DNA of 63,995 nt, counting the filler, from Ionaspis alba (lineage: Eukaryota), in assembly GCA_964255285.1 (NCBI GenBank). It is 13 parts of 13 records of this genome, joined end to end, with 100 filler letters (N's around TTAATTAATTAA, not from the genome) between each part and the next. Parts side by side here need not be neighbours in the genome. Positions count along the whole stretch, not along the records: positions 10,089 to 14,995 come from CAXUUL010001061.1; positions 15,096 to 19,993 come from CAXUUL010001062.1; positions 20,094 to 24,986 come from CAXUUL010001063.1; 10 more parts are not named here. The stretch is one strand, 5' to 3'. Of the stretch, positions 11,047-22,338 are shown in pieces (position 1 is the stretch's first letter; every line of letters begins with the position of its first letter). Both the position numbers and the translations under genes were made by a program. The notes beneath the pieces were generated by a model. That model was not told the origin of the DNA, did no database searches, and saw nothing but the letters and a program-made list of their open reading frames with translations.

Positions 11047-12974
11047 TCACAAAGCAACAACGCTGACTTCCAAAATGCCTTCCTCCCCCATCATCCGTTC
11101 CATAACCTCTTTACTGACCTCTCTATCAACGCCCAGAATCATCAACGCCTCACTCCCTTTCTCCACCTTGGCTAGCACCTCGCCATCTTCATCTACCTGG
11201 CTCACAGGAGCGACACTCATGAAATTGATGTTGACACCCTCTTTACCAAGCATCCCACCTACCACGCCGATTTTACCTGGCGAGTCGTAGTTGTGGCAAA
11301 TCAGGAGATTACCTTCCGGAACGAAAGAAGTGGCGAAGCGGTCGAGGCGGGAAATGAAGACTTGAGATGCGGAGACATAGCCACTGATGACTTGTTCTTT
11401 AGGCTGGGCACCTCTTGGGAGCTGCGTGTCGTTGCCGAGGGTACTAGCTTGACTAGCGGCGCCCGGACGACGGCTCGATGCGCGGGGTGAACCGGATGGC
11501 CGAGCTCGGAGTGTCACAAGAGAGGAATAGGTGTGGTCTGACGAGGAGCGAGAGTGTTGTTCGTTGATGAGTAGTCCCCTGTCTTTGGCAATGAGTTCAG
11601 CGTTGACAATATTTACGTTTGTGCCTCCAGACGACGATATGGGCGTGGTGAGACCCTTGATGAGGGCTGCGAAGAGTGGTTTAGTATTTGTAAGAGTCGC
11701 GAGAGAACCTTCATAGATAAGATCAAAGGTCGTGCGGGTATCTGGGACTGCGCCACCTGCCCCTGCAGCTCGGTGTGGGTTAGAATAGTGTTGCGTGTAT
11801 AGCGAGCCCATCTTTTCCACCAAATGGACGAACGGTTGGAGGGTCTTGTATTCTTCAGGCAAGATCAATGGCGCATTGACAGCGCTGCGTGGAAGATCTC
11901 CATGTAGGATGGAGAGGACTTGCTCGCAGACGTCAATACTGACATTCTCTTGTGCTTCAACCGTCGAAGCACCAAGGTGAGGCGTTGCAACCACTTTGGG
12001 GTGGGCAATCAGGTCTGCAGCAGATGACCCTGCTTGCACGGGCTCGCTAGTAAAGACGTCCATTCCGGCGCCGGCCAGGTGGCCGTTGTTGAGAGATTCG
12101 AGCAGAGCGGCCTCATCTATCATGCCTCCACGAGCGACGTTCAATATCCTGGCTCCCTTTTTCATGCTTTGGAGTTCTTTTGCTCCGATCATGCCCTTGG
12201 TGCTAGCAATCAAAGGAGTATGTATAGTCAAGAAATCAGAGACAGCAAGCAGCTCAGGTAGAGAGCTAACGAGATCCACGTGAGCAGATTGGGCGATTGC
12301 AGGTGATGCATAGGGATCAAGCGCCTCAACGTGCATCCCTAGACCGATTGCAAATCTGGCGACCGTGATACCAACTACTTTTGTCAGTCTGTGCCGTTTG
12401 CAACATCCTCCATAACAATTACCTTTTCCTAAGCCAATTATACCAAGCGTCTTGCCCTTGACTTCCACGCCCACCAGTCTACTCCTCTCCCATTTCCCGG
12501 CTTTGAGACTCGCACATCCATCAGGAATGTTTCTTGCGACGGAAAGTAGGAGAGCAATGGTATGCTCGGCGGCTGCCCCGATATTACCAGAAGGTGAATT
12601 GACAACAATTATGCCCAGCCTCGTAGCAGCTTCAACATCTGTAGAGCTACATCATTAGCACAAAGCTGTTAATTGTCAAGAGTGCTGCTGCACATACCAA
12701 CATTGTCGACACCAACTCCTGCCCTAGCCACGACCTTCAATTTCCTGCCAGCTTGAAGTAACGCTGCTGTGACTTTCGTCTCTGATCGCACAATCAAGGC
12801 TTCGTAATCTGGGATGATGGCAAGAATGTCTTCAGCAGATAGCCCTTTCCGCTCATCGACATCTAAAGTTCTTCGAAGAAGGGCAAGCCCATCAGGAGAC
12901 AATTTTTCGGGCACTAGGACTTTGGGCTTGGTGGCATCGCCATTGGTACCGGTAGTACCATTTTTTGCAGACAT
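11047..12974 (-). CDS. D-3-phosphoglycerate dehydrogenase, long type I architecture with C-terminal ACT domain
   Basis: ALIVRSETKVT, VVARAGVGVDNV, GKTLGIIGLG, TIHTPL, LNVARGG and ATPHLGAST; ACT-like DSPGKIGVVGGMLGKEGVNINFMSV; introns near 12640-12697 and 12372-12421. Confidence 0.92.
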
Positions 12975-13010
12975 TTTGTGTGGAGCGAGGAGTGACAACT
13001 CTCGCAAAAT

Positions 13011-13119
13011 TGTTGTTCATTTGGGCGGGCCCGCGGCGTCACAGCCTTCGTGGTATCAAGGAGGGTGCACATGTAAGCTGACTGTTGTGTCATTTGGGCG
13101 GCATCGGCCCGCGGCGTCA
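13011..13119. repeat. Imperfect GC-rich direct repeat upstream of the phosphoglycerate dehydrogenase
   Basis: tgttgttcatttgggcgggcccgcggcgtca (13011-13041) and tgttgtgtcatttgggcggcatcggcccgcggcgtca (13083-13119). Confidence 0.8.
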
Positions 13120-13398
13120 ACTGCAGATGGAAGCCGACCAAGGAGGCTGCCGCCAATGGCACATGCCACTAATAGCTAAACTTTGGGGTATCCGATGAAC
13201 GATTGGAGACCCCCACATCAGGACATTTTGTTAGAGAAAAGATGGTACATATTGATATCTACCCCAACAGGTACAGGCCATATAAATCGCTCTTCGGGAA
13301 TGGCGAGGGTCTACGTAGATATTTCACAATACAATAAATCTATATATCATGGAGTAATGGCTTGCATTTGCGATAACTGGCCACTTCTCAACGACTAT

Positions 13399-13961
13399 CT
13401 AATCAAGATTGCTAGGCATCTTGAACCCCTCTAGCTCGACCTTCAGATGCTCGGCCATAGCCTCTGCCTTCACCATTAGCTTCCTGGCGTCTCCCCCCTC
13501 ATCACTTCCCTCTCCCTCATCTTCCACCGCTTCCACCTCGGTTCTTTCCTCCTCCTGTTTCACCTCATCGCCAAAAACACCAACTATCAGCTTTTCAAAG
13601 ACCCAATGCAAGGCAAGGGGGCGGCCGTCACACTCGACAATCATGTCTTCCAATTCCCCATCCTCGGCCATCTCTTTTGCCAATATTTTGAACGTTTGAG
13701 TCACCTTTCCAGTATCTACGCCTTTATGCAGAGCATTCTGAGTACGCCAGGTAAGTGTACCGAGCGTGCAGGCTCTTAAAACCTGTGGGAGCTGCGGGCG
13801 AGAAGAGCCAAGAAGGTGGCCACTGAGAGTGGTCAGGCTTAGGTATCAGTCAGCTCGACAAGTCTGGAATTAAAAGAGACTGATGAGTCTCACAATATGC
13901 CTTTGCCAACATCATCAACGTTCGCAGTAAAAAGATCGGCGAGGCCTTTGGCGCGTAGCAT
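13399..13961 (-). CDS. Roadblock-fold Ragulator subunit, LAMTOR2-like
   Basis: Two exons (13961-~13894, ~13837-13399) give MLRAKGLADLFTANVDDVGKGIFLTTLSGHLLG...TW...LEDMIVECDGRPLALHWVFEKLIVGVFG...LMVKAEAMAEHLKVEL, aligning by eye with LAMTOR2 (MLRPKAL..STLLLNNEGSLL..IW..LKFILMDC..LKAKAQALVQYLEEPL). Confidence 0.75.
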
Positions 13962-14958
13962 TTTTCCAGAGGGTCTCGGAATTGGCTCTGTGGATGCAAA
14001 GCCGGACATAATAAGGAATGTGAACCCGCCTTTTCAGCGTGAAAAGAATGATCTTGGATCTGAATCTCCGCAGTGCCTCCCAGCTTTCCTTGCTCTTCCG
14101 TAGTGATAACAGCTAGCCCTAAATGCTGGAAGCCCGTTCAACGCATAGGATATTCAAGTTTTCGAGCCATACATATGTACAGAGACAAACGTAAATGAAC
14201 TCGCATCTACAGTAAATCGAGACAAAGTCTTAAAACGCTTCCTCGCAATTCAAGCATTCGTTTCTCCCCTATAGAAGATTTCGAGACCTCGCAGGTGGTC
14301 AATCGGTTGTTATTATGGCAGCATGATCTGTGATCTGCATAAATCTGCACAAGTCTTCTTGGCAAACGCCCTTTCTTAATCAATGTTCAAACTGTCTGAA
14401 TGCCTGAGTGGAATTCGATCTGTTCGTCGAAACTAAAACACGATAATACTGCCACTGGAGCGTGATGACTGTCGAAGAAGATATGGAATATTCCTGTGCG
14501 GTGTCAGAAGCTGTTCCACTCGTATGGGGGTGCAGAACCACTAGGACATTCAAAATTCGATGCGGCGAAAACAATCTTTGAGGTCGACCAACATCCACAG
14601 CTAATCATTCATTCGGCAACCAAGAATTGTTGTCAATGGGAGCTTTGCTTTATATGGGGCCTCTCTGAAACTATGGGCTCTATGAAAGCAGCGGGGAAGC
14701 TTCCGGCAAACATGCGGTTCTACAGACCCCACCTTCGTCAATGTTGTTGCACGTCATAGCCGTCTAAGTATTTAGAATTATATCATTCGGTCCATTATTC
14801 GCTCATTGAAACTATATGTTCCTGATTCGAAAGCTCACTTCTGTTCGATCTCTTCAATCACAAATTTCCAATCTCGCAAATCCAGGTACAACGCTTCCCA
14901 TCCACTCCGAACGGCTTTTCATCACTGACGGAAACCAATCAGGAGACCACTCGCAACC

Positions 14959-14995
14959 ATGGCTACAGACACGTCCAAGTACCTCCTGAACCGTG
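14959..14995 (+). CDS. 5' stub of a gene cut by the scaffold end (MATDTSKYLLNR)
   Basis: ATG in accATGG context, open to the linker; YLLNR resembles the N-terminal YMLDR of the methyltransferase at 62776. Confidence 0.35.
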
Positions 14996-16128
14996 NNNNN
15001 NNNNNNNNNNNNNNNNNNNNNNNNNNNNNNNNNNNNNNNTTAATTAATTAANNNNNNNNNNNNNNNNNNNNNNNNNNNNNNNNNNNNNNNNNNNNCGAAT
15101 ATATCAACAGAGTCAGGAGTAATTTATTCCGGATGAAGATGGAAGCAGAGCCACTAAGGAATTCACATGGAGCACTCGAGGTACATAGAATCGAGCTTTA
15201 CACACTTCTTTCCAGCACAAAGAGCGAGATACTGTGGGACTCGGAGATTGTTACAAGTACCTTCCGACTGCTGCCTGATGAGGCGGATTCTCTACCACGA
15301 TAACCAAGGTGCGTTCAATTGAGTGCAGATAATCCGCAGAAACGGCATAGAATGCGCTCAAATGGACTCGTTGGTGATCCTTCACGCTAACCGTCAAAGC
15401 AAACGGACCTTCTACCGAGCTCACAAGGGCCTCCAGCAGTTTGATATTCTCGATAAGGTGTTCCGGGCCAGATGATTCGAGCTTTCCCATCGTAGAATAA
15501 AGATTCTTTGGTAATCGCCCCATGCGACTATTCCCATCGACGACAACAGACCAGCCAACGGGAGCCAACAGGCGCCAACAGGGCTTGGCGCTCTCCATCC
15601 TCTTCATGGAACACTTTGTTGCTCGTCTTGATTATTTCATTATCTGTTGCCTACACGGTGTTTCCTGCACTCCCTTCTGCATGTAATGCAACACCATACA
15701 ACAGTCAAGCTGCATGCGAGAGATGTTCTACCATATAAACTACCATATCTTTGGGGATAGTAGGGCTTCGGGTATGGCCGCTCCATCAGCCGATTGTTTC
15801 GTCCTCTCCAACTCAGTCGTTTCGAGCCACGGATGTGTTCGTCCAAGATACCGAGCGAGCCTGGCAGCTGTGTTTATGGCGAAGATCAGTCTGCATATTG
15901 ACTAGGGTTAATGTTGCGTTGTATGTCCAAGCAGATGTATCTGTTTGATGTACGAGGATGCCTTCAAACGAGGTGCTTCTGTATATTACAAGACGAGACC
16001 GGGCACTTTTAGAGCTCTTCTTCAGCAAATACTCCTTCCTCCCGACGCTCCACTATCAACAGGCTTGATATACTTTGGGCATTTCATAAATTCGTTTCAA
16101 TCTCTTCCCGGATCTTTGATTCTTCATC

Positions 16129-16734
16129 ATGCACTTCTCATTCCTCGCACTTCTATCACTCGGAGCATTGACTCTTTCTGCCGCTAATTCCGTACAGCAT
16201 GATTCGCAAGTCTTTGCTTTCGAGTTCCGTGATCTCATGCCTTATTCTCGTCAAGCTTTGATCAGCAAGTTTGAACCACCTCACATTGACCATCTTGCCA
16301 AGCGTATTGCACTCGCCAAAGGCGGCGGAGGCGGTGGAGGAGGCAAGGGAGGTGGAGGTGGCGCTAAGTCAGGCGGGGGTAAAGGCGGAAAGAAAGGCAA
16401 GGACAAGAAAGGCCACGACCAAGATGTTCCGGGGACGAACGGCGGCGGAATTGAGCCAGCGCCCCCAGGCTTAAGCGCAGGTGGCACAAAGGGTATGATT
16501 CATTCACCAACCATCATCAACGCCAACACGCATCGCTGACTTAGAACAGCATGGAATGATTGTCAAAGAGCATCAAACCCGTCGGGCGACTGCAACGACA
16601 TGATCGGCATGTTCGCTGCAGCGGGATGCAGCCAGGCACGAGCTAAACAAATGGCTCCTTGTTCGAACAAAGAGGTCCAAGGCTATTTGAGCAAGCAATA
16701 CTGTAAAAAGAATCCCAAGGGAAAAGGATGCTAG
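16129..16734 (+). CDS. Secreted Gly/Lys-rich 6-Cys precursor protein, paralog A (182 aa)
   Basis: Signal peptide MHFSFLALLSLGALTLSAA; LAKR putative Kex2 site; poly-Gly/Lys arm; phase-1 intron 16493-16549 (GTATGA, GCTGAC, CAG); exon 2 AWNDCQRASNPSGDCNDMIGMFAAAGCSQARAKQMAPCSNKEVQGYLSKQYCKKNPKGKGC*. Confidence 0.9.
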
Positions 16735-17141
16735 ATACTGATTGTTGCGGGTTCAGGGCGTAGATTGGGGTGGAACTTGGCTGAATTGGGTTTCCGAGGC
16801 GGAGTATGTAGAAGAAATCTTGTCTTAATAATGATGACGATTCTTCAAATTCATTCCCTACCTCAAATAACATCCAAACTCAATGATTTCATCAGGTTCG
16901 GCTCTCAACATGAAGACATCGAAGGCGGAACATGATCCCGGCCAGTATATCCAAAGCCCAAGGATAGCATTGCCTCGTTGACGAAATTTGGTCGGACGTA
17001 TCAAGACCTGGAATTGCATTACAACACAACACAGCAAGCTCTGGGAACGCCCGGAGGGGCCTGGCGATCAAAAAGAGGGCTGAGTACGTGAGAGTAACAA
17101 GCAGACGATGAGAGGAATCAGAATCAACGCAGAATGGTGTA

Positions 17142-17301
17142 GACTGTCACCCGTAGTAACCGAACGCACGTCAGATCGCGGACAGACTCACTAGACCACC
17201 TAAGTGTTGCCCCTTAATTTCAATTTAGTTGACCGATGTTAGGGCGTTTAAGGGGGTTTGTTCGCGATCTGACGTGCGTTCGGTTACTACGGGTGACCCT
17301 G
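17142..17301. mobile_element. MITE-like element (~160 bp) with 35-bp perfect inverted repeats and TA flanks, possibly Tc1/mariner type
   Basis: gtcacccgtagtaaccgaacgcacgtcagatcgcg at 17146-17180 and its exact reverse complement at 17263-17297; TA lies 4 nt outside each arm (17140-17141, 17302-17303); the right end reads TA-CAGGG inward; no coding capacity. Confidence 0.65.
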
Positions 17302-18169
17302 TATTCATTCAGAAAAGCGTTCACTAACATCAACCATAGTTTATAAAGGAGCTGAGAACACCTAGACACATGCCGAACATCCTCCCCACCAATGGACAGG
17401 AATAACTCATGGTCGAGTTGATAGAATACCTTGTTGAGTTTCGCTCACTTCTATGGCTGACGTTTACCCGATCAGACGAGATCCTCGAACTCGCTTGGAA
17501 GTCTTAGCTGTGGCGAGGCCAACGAGGTCCAACACCAAACTAAGTCGCTTCTGCCCCATCTGCTGGATCCCACAACATCACGAACGACTGCGATTTATAC
17601 AATGATACTGTCGAATTACTATCGCTGAGTTAAGCCGGTTTCCACATTCTGTATCCAATGCTGCTTATCACTTCACTTTGTTTCATCGCCAAAAAAAGAA
17701 GAAAAGAAAAACGTTGCCTACCAAGTATCTCCTGCAATCAGTTTCGTGGCGTTGGGAAAGAGGCGCAGGCGCCCTTGAGGCTATCGTGCCAACATCTGCA
17801 AGATTGTTTCGTTCATCCATCCATCAGCCAGAGGCTAGATCTTACTCCAACTCTGTTGTCTCGCATCATCACTTCGCCGCATTCTTACTCGAATTGGCAA
17901 GGCTTTCAGTCTCGTGTGTCTCTTCCAAGCTATGATATCCAAAAGAACCATAATCATGGGATCAGAGTTGCACCATATATTCCTGCGTGATGTTATGACC
18001 AAGTACTGTATAAGTAGAGGGAACCGACGGAGGTCATCTACAGCCACTTCCAATCAGCAGCCATCGAGAGGAGCCGCCCTTAAAGCCAATCCTTCACATA
18101 TCTATCTGCACAATCAGCAGGCCTGATCCATAGTCCTTGGTCTTCATCCATATCTCCGAAACTCCACCC

Positions 18170-18752
18170 ATGATGAAATTCTCCATCCTTGCCCTCCTCT
18201 TCCTTTCAGCCCTGTCTGTCTCTGCCAACCCCTACAACAAGCATTACGAACTCAACGCCCGAGACTTAGAAAACCAAATCGTTGCCCGCGAAGCATACAT
18301 TGAAACCTTCGACAACTTCCGTCGCAACATCCTTGATCGCCGTCTCGCCCTCGCCAGAGGCGGTGGGGGTGGAGGAGGCGGCAGAGGAGGACCGAAAGCC
18401 CCTCCTAAAGACAAAAACAATAAAGACAACAAAGACGGCGGCGGGGGGATCCAACCAGTACCCCCCGGTTTCAGTGCCGAAGGCAAGAAGGGTACGTGTT
18501 TTCATCCTGCCAAAGAGTATATCGTAGACACCTGCTGAAGCATGAATTACCCGCATAGCCTGGGACTCTTGCGAGAAAGCTTCACAGAACAACGGTGACT
18601 GCAACAGCATGGTTGGGCCTTTTGCGGCTGCGGGCTGCAGTATGGCGACGGCCAAAATCATGAAGCCGTGCGAGAATAACGAGGTGCAAGCGTACCGCAC
18701 GAAGCTCTATTGCCAAAAAAATCCGGGAGGGAAAGGTTGTAAAGGTAAGTAG
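18170..18752 (+). CDS. Secreted Gly/Lys-rich 6-Cys precursor protein, paralog B (171 aa)
   Basis: Signal peptide MMKFSILALLFLSALSVSA; LDRR putative Kex2 site; poly-Gly arm; phase-1 intron 18492-18558 at the same position as in paralog A; exon 2 AWDSCEKASQNNGDCNSMVGPFAAAGCSMATAKIMKPCENNEVQAYRTKLYCQKNPGGKGCKGK*. Confidence 0.9.
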
Positions 18753-18873
18753 GATTGCTACTCAGGCGAATAGTACTATGCCTTGCATACTTTCATCCGA
18801 CCGGTTTTGTGCAGGCATGCACTTCTTGTGAGTGATCTGATAAGTGACATGGGAAGCTTGAAACCGCTTTCCA

Positions 18874-19800
18874 TCACCCTCTTCCTCTTCCTCTCTTTCC
18901 CCTTCCCGTTCTTCCTCCACTCCCTCTTCCCTTAGGCCCTTCGATCTCCTCCACATCCCTCCTACTCAACCTCAACGTCCCACCCCTAAAACTTCCCAGC
19001 CCAGGCGCCCCAACACCTCTCTCCCTCTTCCCTCTCTGCCCCTTTCCTTTCTTCCTCACTTCTCTCTCCAGGATGATCCCATTCTCCCTCGCTTCCCTCC
19101 TCCTGATCTCCTCTTTCCCCACAGCCTTAGCTTCTATCCCTTTCCTGTGCGCCATGGGCATTTTCTGCTGCTTGAGCAACGAAGTCTTGGCGCCGAGTGA
19201 TTGCAGGCGGAGATCCAGGGCTTTCTGCCGGGCAGAGCCGGAGAGCGTGAGAGGCTTTGTGTGAGATGAGGGAGTGAGAAGGTGGGATTCGTGGAGGAGG
19301 CGTTGGAGAGCGAGGTCATTTGCTAGAAGGGCGGATTCGGTTTGAGGGTCTTCTGAGGGAACGATTGTCGAGGATGGAGGCTTCGTCTTAGGTCTAAGAG
19401 TAGAGTCGATGATGGGCGGTGGTTTTGCGGTCTAGAAAATCGAATGGTCAGCTTCAACCCTAGATGACTGGTATAGACTGACCATGAATGTTCTAAGCTC
19501 ATCTTTGGGAATATCTTCCTCTGTGGTTTTTGAGTTTATATGCTCAACGATTTGGACTTTGAGTACGTCATCATGATCCGATAGACCTTCCCAGTCGGAG
19601 CCGCCATTATCGGTAGAAGAATCGGCCTTCTCAGTGGGCTGTGGTGGAATGGGAAGACCTGTCAGAGGGCGGAATTTTGCTTCAAAGTGCTGCTGAAAAA
19701 GTGCTTGCACTTGATGATTTGCGTCAGAATTTCTCAGGTCCTCTTTGCGGACATCTTCGAGGCGATCTCTCCGTTTCCGCTTTCCCAGTATTGCTATCAT
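18874..19800 (-). CDS. FAF1: Pre-rRNA processing / 40S biogenesis factor Faf1-like
   Basis: Two exons: LGKRKR, FQQHFEAKFRPL, NDLALQRLLHESHLL, QQKMPMAHRKGI, RRREARENGIILE and GSFRGGTLRLSRRDV. Confidence 0.8.
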
Positions 19801-20093
19801 AGTGTAGCGTGGTGCGTTTGCTTGGTGAGATAGATGAAGTTCAGGGCCACGATCTGATATATCTTAGCAACCTCAAAGGATTATTGCTTGGATCCTCGGT
19901 TGATCTAGGTCCCTGTTCCGGCCCCCTGTAAGCGTTGACACCTAGCTAATTTCGTGAAATGCAGCGAATGGCACCAGCTGATTAGCCCCCTGTNNNNNNN
20001 NNNNNNNNNNNNNNNNNNNNNNNNNNNNNNNNNNNNNTTAATTAATTAANNNNNNNNNNNNNNNNNNNNNNNNNNNNNNNNNNNNNNNNNNNN

Positions 20094-21802
20094 GATTCCA
20101 CTGGAGCTTTGGGACTGTTGAGGGGACTCGAGAACGGTTTGAAGGCGTCTGAGGACTCGAGGTAGGGATTTGTGAAACTAGCGCGAGGAAAGCTTGATCG
20201 TCCTCATCGTCGATTAAGTCCTCCTTGTCAAATCCTTGACCGGACGTACTTGCATCGCAAAGTCTAGGTGAGGGAGAGCTGGTCATGAACGGCGAAGATG
20301 GATGGGTCGGAGAGAATTGTATTGCTCCCATTGTGGTCTCATCCAGGACAGCCACACGCTTGCAGTCTTGGTGAACTGAGTGAATGCTTATCCTGGACGA
20401 TGATCTTGTGTCCTTTAGGCTTTGGTCGCAGATCTCCTTTCCTTGAGAATAATTCATGAGCGATAGTCGCAAAGTTGAAGGTGGTTCGGGAGACTCCTCC
20501 ATTGTAGAAAGTAGAAGCAGCTCTTCCATGGCTTCCTCATCGACAGGGAAATCATCGTCGGAATCTCCTGATGCCAATTTATCAACGTCTAGAATCGATA
20601 TTGAGTCTTCTCCCTGCCGCTTCTCTGATGAGACTGATGGCTGAACAACAGAAGAAGTCTGACGGAGAACAGGGTTGCGGACATGATCGCTAGAGCCAAT
20701 AAGTTCACGAGAAGTTGGAAGCATGTCCTGCTCGGCCTCCAAGGGCTTTGGATCCACATCTTTGCTAAAGGCGCCAGTAACTAATTGAAGGGAAGAAAAA
20801 CACTCTTTCTTGGAATCTTTGCAATCCACTGCTGTATCAGTTGCGCTGCCATCAATGGTAAGCTGCTCAGTTGTGTTCTGTCCAACTTGAGTGTCCTCGC
20901 GATAGCCGTCTTGATCATAGGCATAGCCAGAAGCGCTTGTGCCGGGGCTTCTTGGGGCACATTTATCTACCCCATAGTCAATTATCTGCTCAAATGGCGC
21001 AGCAAGACCATGTTCTAGGCGGTTTGTCCAAGGTTCGGTCTGATATCGAAAAGCGGCTAGCTTTTCTAATGTTTTCGATGAAGGTCTCGGATCCATGTTG
21101 GTTCTGAGCAGAGGGTCATTCTGGCTATCATCCTCGTACACAGCCTCGTACGCTTTGGGCCCAGGTACGGTTCCATTGCTTCCACGAGGCTTGGAAACCT
21201 TGAAAGTGTCATCAATGGTCTGGGCTTCATTAGTGCTGGTGCTCTTGGATGCCGCCTTGGTTGCCCTCGCGGCAGCAGGTTTCTTTGCTTTCTTAAACGT
21301 GTTCGGTGGAGTTGCAAGCTGAGCAGATGGTCTCTTCCTTCCTCGAATTGGAGTTTCACGTAAATGATCTGGGTTAGTAGGCTCTTGATTGGGTTCGGGG
21401 ATGGATCTGTCGTGATTGTCATGAATAGTCCTCAGAGTTGGGGACTGATTGATTGGTGTAAATCCACAAATGATAGACTCGTAGGGCTCATGGTATTCTT
21501 GACTAAAGGAGTAGTGAGTAAAACAAATGAAACCTAATGCAAGTGCTTTGCATTCTGCTGGATGGTCCTTCGGTACCTAGGGTTTGCAGGCCTGTGGGGG
21601 GCGGCGGTCTCCATCGTCTCATCTGGATTCCATCCTTGGTAGGNNNNNNNNNNNNNNNNNNNNNNNNNNNNNNNNNNNNNNNNNNNNNNNNNNNNNNNNN
21701 NNNNNNNNNNNNNNNNNNNNNNNNNNNNNNNNNNNNNNNNNNNGGCCTGTGGGGGGCGGCGGTCTCCATCGTCTCATCTGGATTCCATCCTTGGTAGGCC
21801 AT
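20094..21802 (-). CDS. Low-complexity Ser/acidic fungal hypothetical protein, 3' truncated
   Basis: Exon 1 MAYQGWNPDETMETAAPHRPANP is restored by collapsing the 55-bp duplicate around the N gap; intron 21576-21503; exon 2 is open from 21502 to the scaffold end (GFTPIN...TLEKLAAFRY...VPKLQWN). Confidence 0.75.
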
Positions 21803-22338
21803 TTTCTTTCAGTCATGTCACTTCATCAAGGTGCTCCAGTAATATAGGGTTTGAAAGGTCAAGCCATCTATACTGTTATCTATTGTCGACAATGGAGTAG
21901 ACGATAGGGCTCCGAAGAGGCCTTGTCGGTTGAGTTGAGCCTCAATCTTCACGGAAGCCTCGGCACTTGAAGAACATCCCTTAAAGGCCGATTTACCTAG
22001 AGTCCAAGTGGTGGCTTATCAACGACGTGATGAATGAGTGGATTGACTTTCCTGTGTTGTGACTGCAATGGAGTAAAGTAGGAGAATCTTACTCTTCAAG
22101 AGCTACAATGCCACAGCAGTGCTGGCCTTGATCCCGTGACCGCTTCGTCACTTCTAACGCACCTGGCATACTAAAGCTTGTGATAGCTTCAGCATGAACC
22201 TTGCGCATTTCTTTCACTCTCCCTGGCAGATCACGACTCCGATTGCCTAAGTCGTTCCAATCTTGCGGACCTTATAGGGAACAGAAGTTCAATCGGCATT
22301 GGACAAGGAAGCTCAACCTAGTAGCCAACGGAGGCACC

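Noticed and set aside
13697..13703. TGAGTCA (Gcn4/CpcA site) ~720 bp upstream of the phosphoglycerate dehydrogenase
   Set aside because: A single 7-mer inside the LAMTOR2-like coding exon; expected by chance in a 64-kb window.
15251..15607. 118-aa minus-strand ORF upstream of secreted paralog A
   Set aside because: No family or splice model could be supported; it might be a decayed gene but the evidence is insufficient.
21589..21798. Identical 55-bp direct repeat flanking a 100-N gap
   Set aside because: Typical unmerged k-mer overlap; collapsing it restores an in-frame exon 1 (MAYQGWNPDETMETAAPHRPANP) for the minus-strand gene.
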